Shown here: positions 9,294 through 17,064 of the stretch, piece after piece
How positions within the stretch are numbered: position 1 is the stretch's first letter
Layout: each line of letters starts with the position of its first letter
Virus record (IMG/VR): IMGVR_UViG_3300044676_005607
Location: 1 to 33,321 of that record
Source of the DNA: a virus
Taxonomy: Duplodnaviria > Caudoviricetes
Length of the DNA: 33,321 bases
Direction: 5' to 3' (one strand)
The notes under the pieces: model-generated
Database searches by the model: none
Told to the model about the DNA's origin: nothing
What the model saw: only the letters and a program-made list of their open reading frames with translations
Translations under genes and position numbers: made by a program

Positions 9294-10639
9294 AATTTGA
9301 ATTTATAAACATATCGGAAAAGCCTTTGAGTATTGGCGTTGCTTATTCAAGTAAAACCGATGCAGACGATACTTTTATATCGTATTCCTTGCGAGGGGTT
9401 GAACAGGACAAGGCAAAAGTTAATATGCTGGCTTATGATTTAATCGATTTGCTTAATAACTCTAGTAAACATAATGCTATTGTAACGAGCAAGGTAAATT
9501 ACATTACAGGTGGGGGTTTGATTACTGAGGATGAAAAAGAGGATGCTAAGACAAAAGAATTTTTACTTAACCCTAATGATTTCGAGGATGCAAACCAAGT
9601 TCTTGAAAAGTGTGCTACCGATTACGAGTTACAAGGTGGGTACTATCTTCAATTAGTTTTTGGTAAATTAGGTGAGCAGCTTGTAAGCGTGTATCATGTA
9701 CCTTTTGAAAAGATGCAGCCCAATGAGAACGCAAGTAAGTTTAAGTTCGTAGATGACCCTAAAAAGCCTCGTGAATACGTTATTTATGATGCTTATGATG
9801 GTATAGACAAAACAGGTACTAAAATATTGTACGTTTCAACTTATCGACCAGGCAGTGGGGTTCTTACTTTGCCTGAATACTATGCAAGTTTAAGATACAT
9901 TCAGATAGATAAAGAGATAGCTAACTTCAATTATAATAACATTAAAAGTGGTTTTAGCGCAGGCACAATGATTGTGCTTTACGATGGCGAACCACAACCT
10001 GAAGAAGAGCAAGCAATTAAAGACCAATTAAAAGCCAATACCACAGGCTCAGAGGAGGCTGGTAATACTTGGATATACTTTGCAAAGCCTGGAGATGATA
10101 AGCCCGAAGTGATACCTTTAAATGGAAATGATTTAGTAGACAAGTTTACACAGTTAAACGAGCAATGCAGGGATGAGATTTTTATAGGTCACAAAATTGT
10201 TTCTCCTATGTTGTTTGGTGTAAGGGTTGAGGGTACGCTAGGCGGTAGAAATGAAATCTTAGAGGCTTATGAACTTTTGAATAGTGGTTACATTGAGCCA
10301 AAGCAAAAGACCTTACAAGCGACTTTCAATATGTGCAATAGATTGTACGGAGGTCAAAGTATGTTAATAATTAAACCTAGCAAGCCAATGGGCTTAGATT
10401 ACGTTGACATGTTCAAAGAGGGTATTATTACCGATAGGCGAATAGTGCAAAAGGAATTAGGCTTAGAAATTAGCGAAGATGTAGTTAATGTACCTTCACA
10501 ACAATTATCCGAACAAGGTAAACCAAGAAATATTGATTGGGTTCAATTTGAGCAGTTTGGCGAGCCAGCAGAAAACTTTGAAGAGGTTCATGTATTAGAT
10601 TTACCGATAGATTTACAAGATAATGGCGAAACTAACTGA
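9290..10639 (+). CDS. Portal protein
   Basis: SSKHNAIV..K..YI.G.G, YHVPF, LPEY, NNIKSGFS, GSEEAG, IFIGHKIVSPMLFG motifs typical of phage portal proteins. Confidence 0.88.
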   Translation: MKFEFINISEKPLSIGVAYSSKTDADDTFISYSLRGVEQDKAKVNMLAYDLIDLLNNSSKHNAIVTSKVNYITGGGLITEDEKEDAKTKEFLLNPNDFEDANQVLEKCATDYELQGGYYLQLVFGKLGEQLVSVYHVPFEKMQPNENASKFKFVDDPKKPREYVIYDAYDGIDKTGTKILYVSTYRPGSGVLTLPEYYASLRYIQIDKEIANFNYNNIKSGFSAGTMIVLYDGEPQPEEEQAIKDQLKANTTGSEEAGNTWIYFAKPGDDKPEVIPLNGNDLVDKFTQLNEQCRDEIFIGHKIVSPMLFGVRVEGTLGGRNEILEAYELLNSGYIEPKQKTLQATFNMCNRLYGGQSMLIIKPSKPMGLDYVDMFKEGIITDRRIVQKELGLEISEDVVNVPSQQLSEQGKPRNIDWVQFEQFGEPAENFEEVHVLDLPIDLQDNGETN

Positions 10640-11657
10640 AATAGGCAAAAAGGCTTTAAAGATTATTAAGGACAATGCAGGGATAGACCTTGCAACCTTA
10701 TTAACTATTCTTGCAACGGGTGCAGTAGCAGGCGCAGAATTAATTAGCGACCTTAAAAAAGAAAAGTTGTTGGACGATGAGGATGGCTTAAAAGTAAGCA
10801 AAGAAGGCGAAGAAGAAATCAAAGAGGTTAAAAGCGAGTTCTTTGTAAAGTATAAATACTTTGGGATAAGGGATAAGGAAACAAATAGACCTTTTTGCGC
10901 TAGGTTATTGGAACTTAATAGGGTTTATACTAGAGAGGACATAAATACCCTTTCAGAGCGTTTAGGTTACAATGTATGGATGCGTAGGGGCGGTTGGTAT
11001 CATAACCCTGACACGGGCGTTAATACGCCTTATTGCAGGCATACATGGAGGCAAGTGATAGTAAAGCGTAAAACTCAGGAATTTGCTGGATTTAATCCAA
11101 ATCAGAAAAGAAACAAGGATGGTAAGTGGGGGGATGGTAATTCTGAAAAAAATGCAGATGAATTAACAGAACGAGATGAGGAAATTATAGACCATTATAC
11201 AGATGAGGGGTTTGTGAATATGAATAGAAGTTTACAAAGTCAAGGTTATTTCGGAGAGCCAGCGGAAAAATTAGCCAAAGATGTAGATGATTTAAACAAT
11301 GCTTTGGAAAAATTACCAAAATTTGAGGGTACTGTTTTTCGTGGAATAGATTTCGGGGGTGCAGGGCCAAAGACGTGGGCATTTGAGGGTAATATTAAAA
11401 GCAGCAAAAATGAGGTTTTATTTAAGGGCTTTACATCAACATCAAAAAACACGTCTTTCCCAAACGACATTTTAGAGGGAGGACGAGGTGGAGGGAAATA
11501 CATAATAGAAATATTAAGTAAATCAGGTAGAGATATTGGAGATTATGCTCATTTAGGAGGGGAGGCAGAAGTTATTTTCAAATCTGGCACTAAATTTAAA
11601 GTTTTAGATTATGATTTTGAGGGGGTAATAAAAAAAGTAAAACTAGAGGAATTATGA
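10623..11657 (+). CDS. Head-morphogenesis (MuF-like) domain fused to an R-S-E ADP-ribosyltransferase
   Basis: N-terminal RPFC...RGGWYHNP...PYCRHTW; linker FNPNQKRNKDGKW; ART motifs HYT...MNRSL, VFRG, FTSTS, EAEVIF. Confidence 0.8.
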   Translation: MAKLTEIGKKALKIIKDNAGIDLATLLTILATGAVAGAELISDLKKEKLLDDEDGLKVSKEGEEEIKEVKSEFFVKYKYFGIRDKETNRPFCARLLELNRVYTREDINTLSERLGYNVWMRRGGWYHNPDTGVNTPYCRHTWRQVIVKRKTQEFAGFNPNQKRNKDGKWGDGNSEKNADELTERDEEIIDHYTDEGFVNMNRSLQSQGYFGEPAEKLAKDVDDLNNALEKLPKFEGTVFRGIDFGGAGPKTWAFEGNIKSSKNEVLFKGFTSTSKNTSFPNDILEGGRGGGKYIIEILSKSGRDIGDYAHLGGEAEVIFKSGTKFKVLDYDFEGVIKKVKLEEL

Positions 11658-11743
11658 AAAATAATAAATTTGTAGGAGATGGTAGCGACTGGGTTTTTAT
11701 ACCTAAAGGAAAGCCTAAGAAAACTGATAAAAAGAAAAAATAA
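11654..11743 (+). CDS. 29-aa micro-ORF MKNNKFVGDGSDWVFIPKGKPKKTDKKKK
   Basis: ATGA overlap with the ART stop and TAATG overlap with the next start; fills the gap exactly. Confidence 0.6.
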   Translation: MKNNKFVGDGSDWVFIPKGKPKKTDKKKK

Positions 11744-12294
11744 TGGCATATACATATTTAATAACAGAAACAGAGTTAAAGCAAGATACAATCATCCAAA
11801 ACAACGTGGATGGTAAATTGCTAGGATGGGCAATGAGAAAAGCTCAAGACATTTACACAAGGGCGGTACTTGGTACTGCATTGTACAATCAAATCATTAC
11901 AGAGTTCGCAGCGGCAAGCCTAACGGCTGCAAATCAAACTTTGCTTGATAGTTACATTGTACCGATGCAAAGGGAGTACATCCAAAAAGAGGCTACTTTT
12001 GCGCTATGGATTAAGTTTACAAATAGCTCGATAGGTACACGCTCGGTTGATGATTTACAAACATCAGGACAAGAGCAAGTAAACTATGCGGTCAATGAAT
12101 TTGAAAGGGCAGCAGAATACTGGAAAGACCTTTTGATTAAATACATTTGTGATAACATTGCAGACTATCCATTGTATAATACAGGCGATCAAGAAATTGA
12201 ACCCAACACAAAAAGTTACACATCAAGATTTACATTTACAAACGAAATAAATGAAGAAGTCCACAAAAGAAAAATACGAACGCATATTATTTAA
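11743..12294 (+). CDS. Putative head-tail adaptor/connector
   Basis: 183 aa helical; AQDIY...LGTALY motif (DUF6712-like from recall); downstream of the portal. Confidence 0.6.
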   Translation: MAYTYLITETELKQDTIIQNNVDGKLLGWAMRKAQDIYTRAVLGTALYNQIITEFAAASLTAANQTLLDSYIVPMQREYIQKEATFALWIKFTNSSIGTRSVDDLQTSGQEQVNYAVNEFERAAEYWKDLLIKYICDNIADYPLYNTGDQEIEPNTKSYTSRFTFTNEINEEVHKRKIRTHII

Positions 12295-12302
12295 TAGCAC
12301 AA

Positions 12303-12740
12303 ATGAACTTAAAAAAAGTAATTCAGGAAATAGAAACGGCAGCACTTACACAGGCTCAAATAAAGTCGATTGTGATAGACGAGAACGGGTTGCAAGAACT
12401 AGAGAACGAAGAAAGTAAAGATTATCCGGTATTTATCATTGAGATAATGAATGTGGATGTGCAGCTTTCAGCTACAAGTGCTGGTCTTGTCTACTATTTT
12501 AATTTGATTTGCTTAGATGCTGAATTGCAAGGAAAGCAAAACAGAGTAGATTGTTTAAGCGATACGCTAGGTATTTTACAAGATGTTTTTAGTGAGTTGT
12601 TTCGTAATGGATATTACAGTTATGGCACAAATGGTCAAGCATCGATAATAACAGAGGTAGCACCAACGCATACCGCTGGGTGGGTTATGCCTATTCAAGT
12701 AGTAGGGGCATTTACCTCAGATACTTGTGATGTGCCTTAA
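12303..12740 (+). CDS. Putative tail terminator / head-tail joining protein
   Basis: 145 aa acidic; YPVF, LSDTLGILQD, AGW motifs; position after the adaptor. Confidence 0.55.
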   Translation: MNLKKVIQEIETAALTQAQIKSIVIDENGLQELENEESKDYPVFIIEIMNVDVQLSATSAGLVYYFNLICLDAELQGKQNRVDCLSDTLGILQDVFSELFRNGYYSYGTNGQASIITEVAPTHTAGWVMPIQVVGAFTSDTCDVP

Positions 12741-12974
12741 TTACCAAGCAGGCTGATTAGTAACACAAAAAGGATCGCCTACATAATTGCTCATCCAAAT
12801 ATCTTGGTCAAAACAAAACTTCTTTTTATTGCCTGAACAATCGTTACGAATTTCAAGCCAGTAACATTTATTTGTAATGCCATCGTTTGCGATAATACCG
12901 CAATTACAATCTTTGTCCTTCTTGCATCCTAAGAACGCAAGGGCTACAATTATTAATAATAAATATTTCTTCAT
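12741..12974 (-). CDS. Small Cys-rich lipoprotein
   Basis: MKKYLLLIIVALAFLG-C lipobox followed by KKDKD; six further Cys. Confidence 0.7.
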   Translation of the reverse strand: MKKYLLLIIVALAFLGCKKDKDCNCGIIANDGITNKCYWLEIRNDCSGNKKKFCFDQDIWMSNYVGDPFCVTNQPAW

Positions 12975-12976
12975 GA

Positions 12977-13288
12977 TTATTTCTTTGCTTTGGGTGCTGA
13001 TTTCTTTGGTGCTGCTTTCTTTGCTGCTGCCTTTTTAGCTTTAGGCTTTGGTGCTGGCTTTAGAAACTCATCATAGGCATTGTATAGCTTTTTAATGGCA
13101 TCAATGCAACAAGTTACACAAGTAGTATTTACCTTTTGATCGAACACCTGAGAATAAACCTCAGTAATCGCCTTGAAGTCTAATGCTCTTGTGTTAATCG
13201 TTCCATACTTTGTTTCTGCTATTACCCTGCCTACTCTTTCGTATGCCTCAATAGCTGTAATCTGTTCTTTGTTAAATTGTATTTTCAT
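12977..13288 (-). CDS. CxxC protein with a Lys/Ala/Pro-rich histone H1-like tail
   Basis: Start revised to ATG 13288 (ATGA overlap with the upstream stop); CVTCC; C-terminus KPAPKPKAKKAAAKKAAPKKSAPKAKK. Confidence 0.7.
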   Translation of the reverse strand: MKIQFNKEQITAIEAYERVGRVIAETKYGTINTRALDFKAITEVYSQVFDQKVNTTCVTCCIDAIKKLYNAYDEFLKPAPKPKAKKAAAKKAAPKKSAPKAKK

Positions 13289-13509
13289 AATATTTTGTAT
13301 AATGCTTGATAAGCTAGGTACGCACCAAACGCAGCAATAATTGCATAAGGGAGTTCTAGTGTGAAAAGCCCACTCACTAAGATAACCCAAAAGGTTGTGC
13401 ATGATCCGCACCTAATTAATTTAGGTAGTTTTTCTTTAATCTTAATAAATGGGGTAAAGTATGTATAAATTACATACATGGCTAAAAATGTGGCTATAAT
13501 AATTGGCAT
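13285..13509 (-). CDS. Small membrane protein with CxxC (DUF1360-like)
   Basis: Hydrophobic segments flanking CGSCTTFW. Confidence 0.6.
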   Translation of the reverse strand: MPIIIATFLAMYVIYTYFTPFIKIKEKLPKLIRCGSCTTFWVILVSGLFTLELPYAIIAAFGAYLAYQALYKIL

Positions 13510-13991
13510 AGTCTTTCGTATTCGTTAATTACTTTTTCTTTTATTTCCTTAAATGCCCTCGTCATTTCATACGAAGGTAATTTATTTTTTGTTAAGCGTC
13601 TTATTGATGATTGATTATGCCCTTCTATCATTAATTGCATAATCCGGTGTAAATATCTATCGGTTTCATTTTCAAACACATTAAATAAAGCCTCTTGCTT
13701 TATATTGGTATGCTTGCTTGCATCTTGGAAGTTTTCCAGCGTTTCACTAAAAACTAAATCTATCTTTTTCTTTGGCTTGTAGTTTACTTCTGAGCATGGT
13801 CTAGTAAGTGATATTATTAGTGCCTTACATTTATAATCTAAGTCATTGGTAAAGTATTCTGTGGGCTTTTCACAAACCTTTAATAAAAACCAAGAGTAAA
13901 CCTCTTTCCAATTTTGGGGGGCTAGGGTTTTGCAAACCTCTTTATAAGTTTGATTTCTACCAATTAAAACAAGTGCCTCCCTTTTTTGCAC
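13494..13991 (-). CDS. Putative divergent sigma-70/ECF-like transcription factor
   Basis: 165 aa helical; region-2-like N-terminus and C-terminal HTH-like segment (IMQLMIEGHNQSSIRRLT...); divergent from the head operon; similarity is weak. Confidence 0.45.
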   Translation of the reverse strand: MQKREALVLIGRNQTYKEVCKTLAPQNWKEVYSWFLLKVCEKPTEYFTNDLDYKCKALIISLTRPCSEVNYKPKKKIDLVFSETLENFQDASKHTNIKQEALFNVFENETDRYLHRIMQLMIEGHNQSSIRRLTKNKLPSYEMTRAFKEIKEKVINEYERLCQLL

Positions 13992-13995
13992 CTTA

Positions 13996-14003
13996 CAAAA
14001 ATA
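13996..14003 (-). promoter_or_regulatory. Bacteroidota -7 promoter element TATTTTTG
   Basis: Matches TAnnTTTG, 4 nt upstream of the GTG at 13991. Confidence 0.5.
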
Positions 14004-14020
14004 CTAAACTTTTTGGATAT

Positions 14021-14037
14021 TTACGTTTATAAGTAGA
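14021..14037 (+). promoter_or_regulatory. Putative late promoter motif TTACGTTTATAAGTAGA (copy 2)
   Basis: 16/17 identical to 2806-2822; 5 nt upstream of the protease ATG. Confidence 0.6.
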
Positions 14038-14042
14038 AAGCT

Positions 14043-14630
14043 ATGCCAATACAGGAGTTAGATACTTTTAGAATTACAATTAACGAAGAAGATGAGGGCG
14101 TAGACTTTATCTCTTTTGTAGATAACCCTGCGATTAAAAAGGGGTTTGTAGCTTTCAATGAGAATTTAAAGGTGTATTTCAATGAGGAGTTGAGAATAAT
14201 TACTACTCCGGTATTAATCCCAAATCAAAAGATTTACAGAAACCAAGATGGCAGAGAGTTCAATCTCATTGCTCTTGAATCTGATGTAGAAAAGATTTAC
14301 AATAAATTTGTAAAAGATGCGAACTTTAATAAACTAAATCTAATGCATCAAGAGGGTACTGAATTAAGTACTAATGATGCACACCTAATAGAAATCTTCT
14401 TATCAGATAAGCGTAGAGGGATTTCAAATCCTACCTCATTTAGTAACCTACCCAATATGACATGGTTTGTATCTTACAAGATTACAAGCGATAAACTTTG
14501 GAACGATATTAAAGATGGGACATTCAAGGGCGTTTCGTTAGAGGGCAATTTGGGAATTATGGACTTTGACGAGGACAAGCAAATAGATTCATTACTACAA
14601 GAACTAAAAAATATTATTAATAATGAGTAA
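14043..14630 (+). CDS. Prohead serine protease (XkdF/S78-like)
   Basis: ISFVDNPAI, PVLIP..KIYR, NLMH, TWFVSYK, IKDGTFKGVSLEG motifs. Confidence 0.8.
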   Translation: MPIQELDTFRITINEEDEGVDFISFVDNPAIKKGFVAFNENLKVYFNEELRIITTPVLIPNQKIYRNQDGREFNLIALESDVEKIYNKFVKDANFNKLNLMHQEGTELSTNDAHLIEIFLSDKRRGISNPTSFSNLPNMTWFVSYKITSDKLWNDIKDGTFKGVSLEGNLGIMDFDEDKQIDSLLQELKNIINNE

Positions 14631-15204
14631 AAATAAAATTATCGTAGCATTAACCGAAATGGTTGATAGCTTAAAAGGCAAAGAGGTAGCTTTAGAAGAT
14701 ACCCCAGTAGCAGAAAAAACGGTTGAAACCGTAGAAGAAACTGAAGTACAATTTATGGAAAGCACTTTAACCGATGGCACTATTGTAAAATACGATGCTT
14801 TAGAGGTAGGGCAACCGTTAGTAGTAGTAACAAGTGAAGGCGAACAACCTGCACCAGATGCTACACACGAATTTGAAGATGGAACTTTAGTAACAACTAG
14901 CGAAGGTATTATTACAGAAATTGTAGAAGGCGCACCAGTTGAAACAGAAGATGAAATGTTTAGCGAGTTCAAAGCAATGATTGAGAAACTAGGTTTAGAT
15001 TTTCAAGAGGCGGTTGCATCTCATAAAGAGGAAATGGAAACTTTGAAAACTGAGTTAGCTGAATATAAAGAACAAGTAAGCGTATCACTTGGAGAGGTTA
15101 AAGAGGCGGTAAGTGTAGCATCTAAGATGCCAGCAGCGAACCCAGCTAAAAGACCACGATTAAATACAGCCAAAGGATTTAAGCAGGCTTTAAAAGCGAA
15201 TTAA
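14623..15204 (+). CDS. Capsid scaffolding protein
   Basis: Very acidic; APDATHEFEDGT motif, C-terminal coiled coil; between protease and capsid. Confidence 0.7.
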   Translation: MSKNKIIVALTEMVDSLKGKEVALEDTPVAEKTVETVEETEVQFMESTLTDGTIVKYDALEVGQPLVVVTSEGEQPAPDATHEFEDGTLVTTSEGIITEIVEGAPVETEDEMFSEFKAMIEKLGLDFQEAVASHKEEMETLKTELAEYKEQVSVSLGEVKEAVSVASKMPAANPAKRPRLNTAKGFKQALKAN

Positions 15205-15247
15205 GAAAGACAAATAAATATTAACAAAAAAATAAAAGAAAAAAATT

Positions 15248-16183
15248 ATGGCATTCGATGTATCAGGATTAGCAGCGTATGTAGATGAGTCGAGCGACCA
15301 GCTACTAGCAGCAGCAGTAGAAAGTGCAAGGTCAAAGAGTTTGACTACTATGCACACAGGAATTAAAGGAACGCAAGACATTCATTTGATTGCAAACGAC
15401 TTAACCTATCAAAACGATGGTTGTGAGTTGACAGCAAGCGGAGATAGCACACTTACGAAGGTGGCTATGACTGTTGCTGATATTGCAGTTCAAATGAAAT
15501 ACTGCCAAAAAGACCTTATTGGGAAATATACTCAAAGATGGTTAAGAGCAGGATCAAACGGAGATTTAGATGAAGTAACCTTTTTGTATAACGAAATCAT
15601 TCAAGATTTAGTTAAAAAGATTGCAGCACAAGAAGAAACTAACGTATGGCAAGGCGATACAGCTGGAGCTGGAAACTTAGCATTTTATGATGGTTGGTTA
15701 AAGACTATCGATGCGGGTTCTCCTATTGATGGAAACCCAACAGGTATCACAGCAGCAACAGGAATCACAGCAGCTAACGCTATCTCAATCATGCAAGGTA
15801 TCTACAATGTAGTTCCAGCAGCTTTATTGGGAGATGAAAGTTTGGCTATCATGTGTGGAATGGACACTTTTAGAGTATTCCAACAAGCATTGGTAAACGC
15901 TAACTTATTTAGCTATAATGGTCAAGCAGTAGATACTGTAAACTTACCAGGAACAAACGTGCCGATTGTAGGAGTAAATGGATTAAATGGTACAAATAGA
16001 ATAATCTCTACTACTGAGGGTCATTTACATTGGGGAACTGATTTAGAAAGTGATGAAGATGAGTTGATTGTTGAAAGTGGAAACACACCAGGCGATAAAA
16101 ACTTCTATGTTACTTCAAGGTTCAAATCAGGAACAGCGGTTACTTACATTGGCGAGATAGTAGAGTTCACTCTAGTACCTTAA
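15248..16183 (+). CDS. Major capsid protein
   Basis: 311 aa; MAFDVSGLAAYV, WQGD, YDGWLK, VNGLNGT, GTDLESD motifs; after the scaffold and followed by a terminator. Confidence 0.85.
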   Translation: MAFDVSGLAAYVDESSDQLLAAAVESARSKSLTTMHTGIKGTQDIHLIANDLTYQNDGCELTASGDSTLTKVAMTVADIAVQMKYCQKDLIGKYTQRWLRAGSNGDLDEVTFLYNEIIQDLVKKIAAQEETNVWQGDTAGAGNLAFYDGWLKTIDAGSPIDGNPTGITAATGITAANAISIMQGIYNVVPAALLGDESLAIMCGMDTFRVFQQALVNANLFSYNGQAVDTVNLPGTNVPIVGVNGLNGTNRIISTTEGHLHWGTDLESDEDELIVESGNTPGDKNFYVTSRFKSGTAVTYIGEIVEFTLVP

Positions 16184-16203
16184 CAATAGGATAAACAATT
16201 AAC

Positions 16204-16239
16204 AAAGGGCAGGTGGCTTAGACTGCTTGCCCTTTTTTT
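16204..16239 (+). terminator. Intrinsic terminator after the capsid gene
   Basis: AAAGGGCAGGTGG / CTGCTTGCCCTTT stem with G:U pairs, ending in a T7 run. Confidence 0.75.
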
Positions 16240-16267
16240 ATAAAACAAGAAAAAAGAAAATAAAATT

Positions 16268-16804
16268 ATGAGTTGTGTATTAACAGCTGCGATTGCAGCA
16301 CAATGTAGAGATGCAGTAGGTGGTATCTCAAAGGTATGGGCGGTTGAAGTCGCAGCAGCACACGAGGGCGATGCTACTTATGTAGAAACATCGGGTGCTT
16401 TAACTACTTTAACGCTAGAAACTACACCAACAGCAAGAACTATTTATGCTTGGAACTTTGGTAAGGATAGCGCATCTATAAACGAAATAGTACATACCGG
16501 AAACGAAAACGGTACTACTATGTATGATCATGGATTAGAGTTATCATTTTGGAAGTGGGAAACTACGAAAAGGAATGAAATTTTAATTGCAGCTACTACT
16601 CCTTTGCTTATAGTTGTAAAAGACCAAAATAGTCAATATTGGGCTTTAGGTTTAACTAGAGGTTTAGATATGCAAGATGGAGCAGAGGCAACATCGGGTA
16701 AATTACTAAACGATAAAAATGGTTATACTCTTCAATTTATGGGGTCAGAGCCAGCACCAGTTATTGAGATTACAGATGCAGTATTTATAGCAGCCCTACC
16801 ATAA
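16268..16804 (+). CDS. Major tail tube protein
   Basis: MSC.LT....CRDAVGGI, ENGT..Y, VKDQN..YWALG, DKNGYTLQF.GSE motifs. Confidence 0.75.
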   Translation: MSCVLTAAIAAQCRDAVGGISKVWAVEVAAAHEGDATYVETSGALTTLTLETTPTARTIYAWNFGKDSASINEIVHTGNENGTTMYDHGLELSFWKWETTKRNEILIAATTPLLIVVKDQNSQYWALGLTRGLDMQDGAEATSGKLLNDKNGYTLQFMGSEPAPVIEITDAVFIAALP

Positions 16805-17064
16805 TGACAGGTATAGAAAGAACATCAGGCGGTAATGGTACTTATGGCATAGCAGATACTACACAAGCTGTAAGGTCTTTTGAATTTATCCAAGTAAATG
16901 CTGATGCGGTTATCTCTGAATTGACTTATCAAGATGGGACAAACGCTTTAACGGCATTGAACTTAGCTACTACTACATGGGTGGCTGGTATGCTGATAGC
17001 TGCGCCAATGGGTTTAAATTTCAAGAGCATTACTTTAACAAGTGGCAGCGTATTAATTAGCTAA
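16804..17064 (+). CDS. Small beta-rich virion protein, possible head-spike base
   Basis: 86 aa ending SITLTSGSVLIS; directly before a LGLG-leader protein. Confidence 0.5.
   Translation: MTGIERTSGGNGTYGIADTTQAVRSFEFIQVNADAVISELTYQDGTNALTALNLATTTWVAGMLIAAPMGLNFKSITLTSGSVLIS

Noticed and set aside
10590-10639. Programmed frameshift fusing portal to the ART-bearing ORF
   Set aside because: No slippery run, and the downstream frame is closed by TAG at 10608 with its own ATG at 10623
13289-13411. N-terminal extension of ORF 12977-13411, and upstream starts at 27992 and 29401
   Set aside because: They overlap another gene, a promoter element or the structured RNA; downstream ATGs have better context
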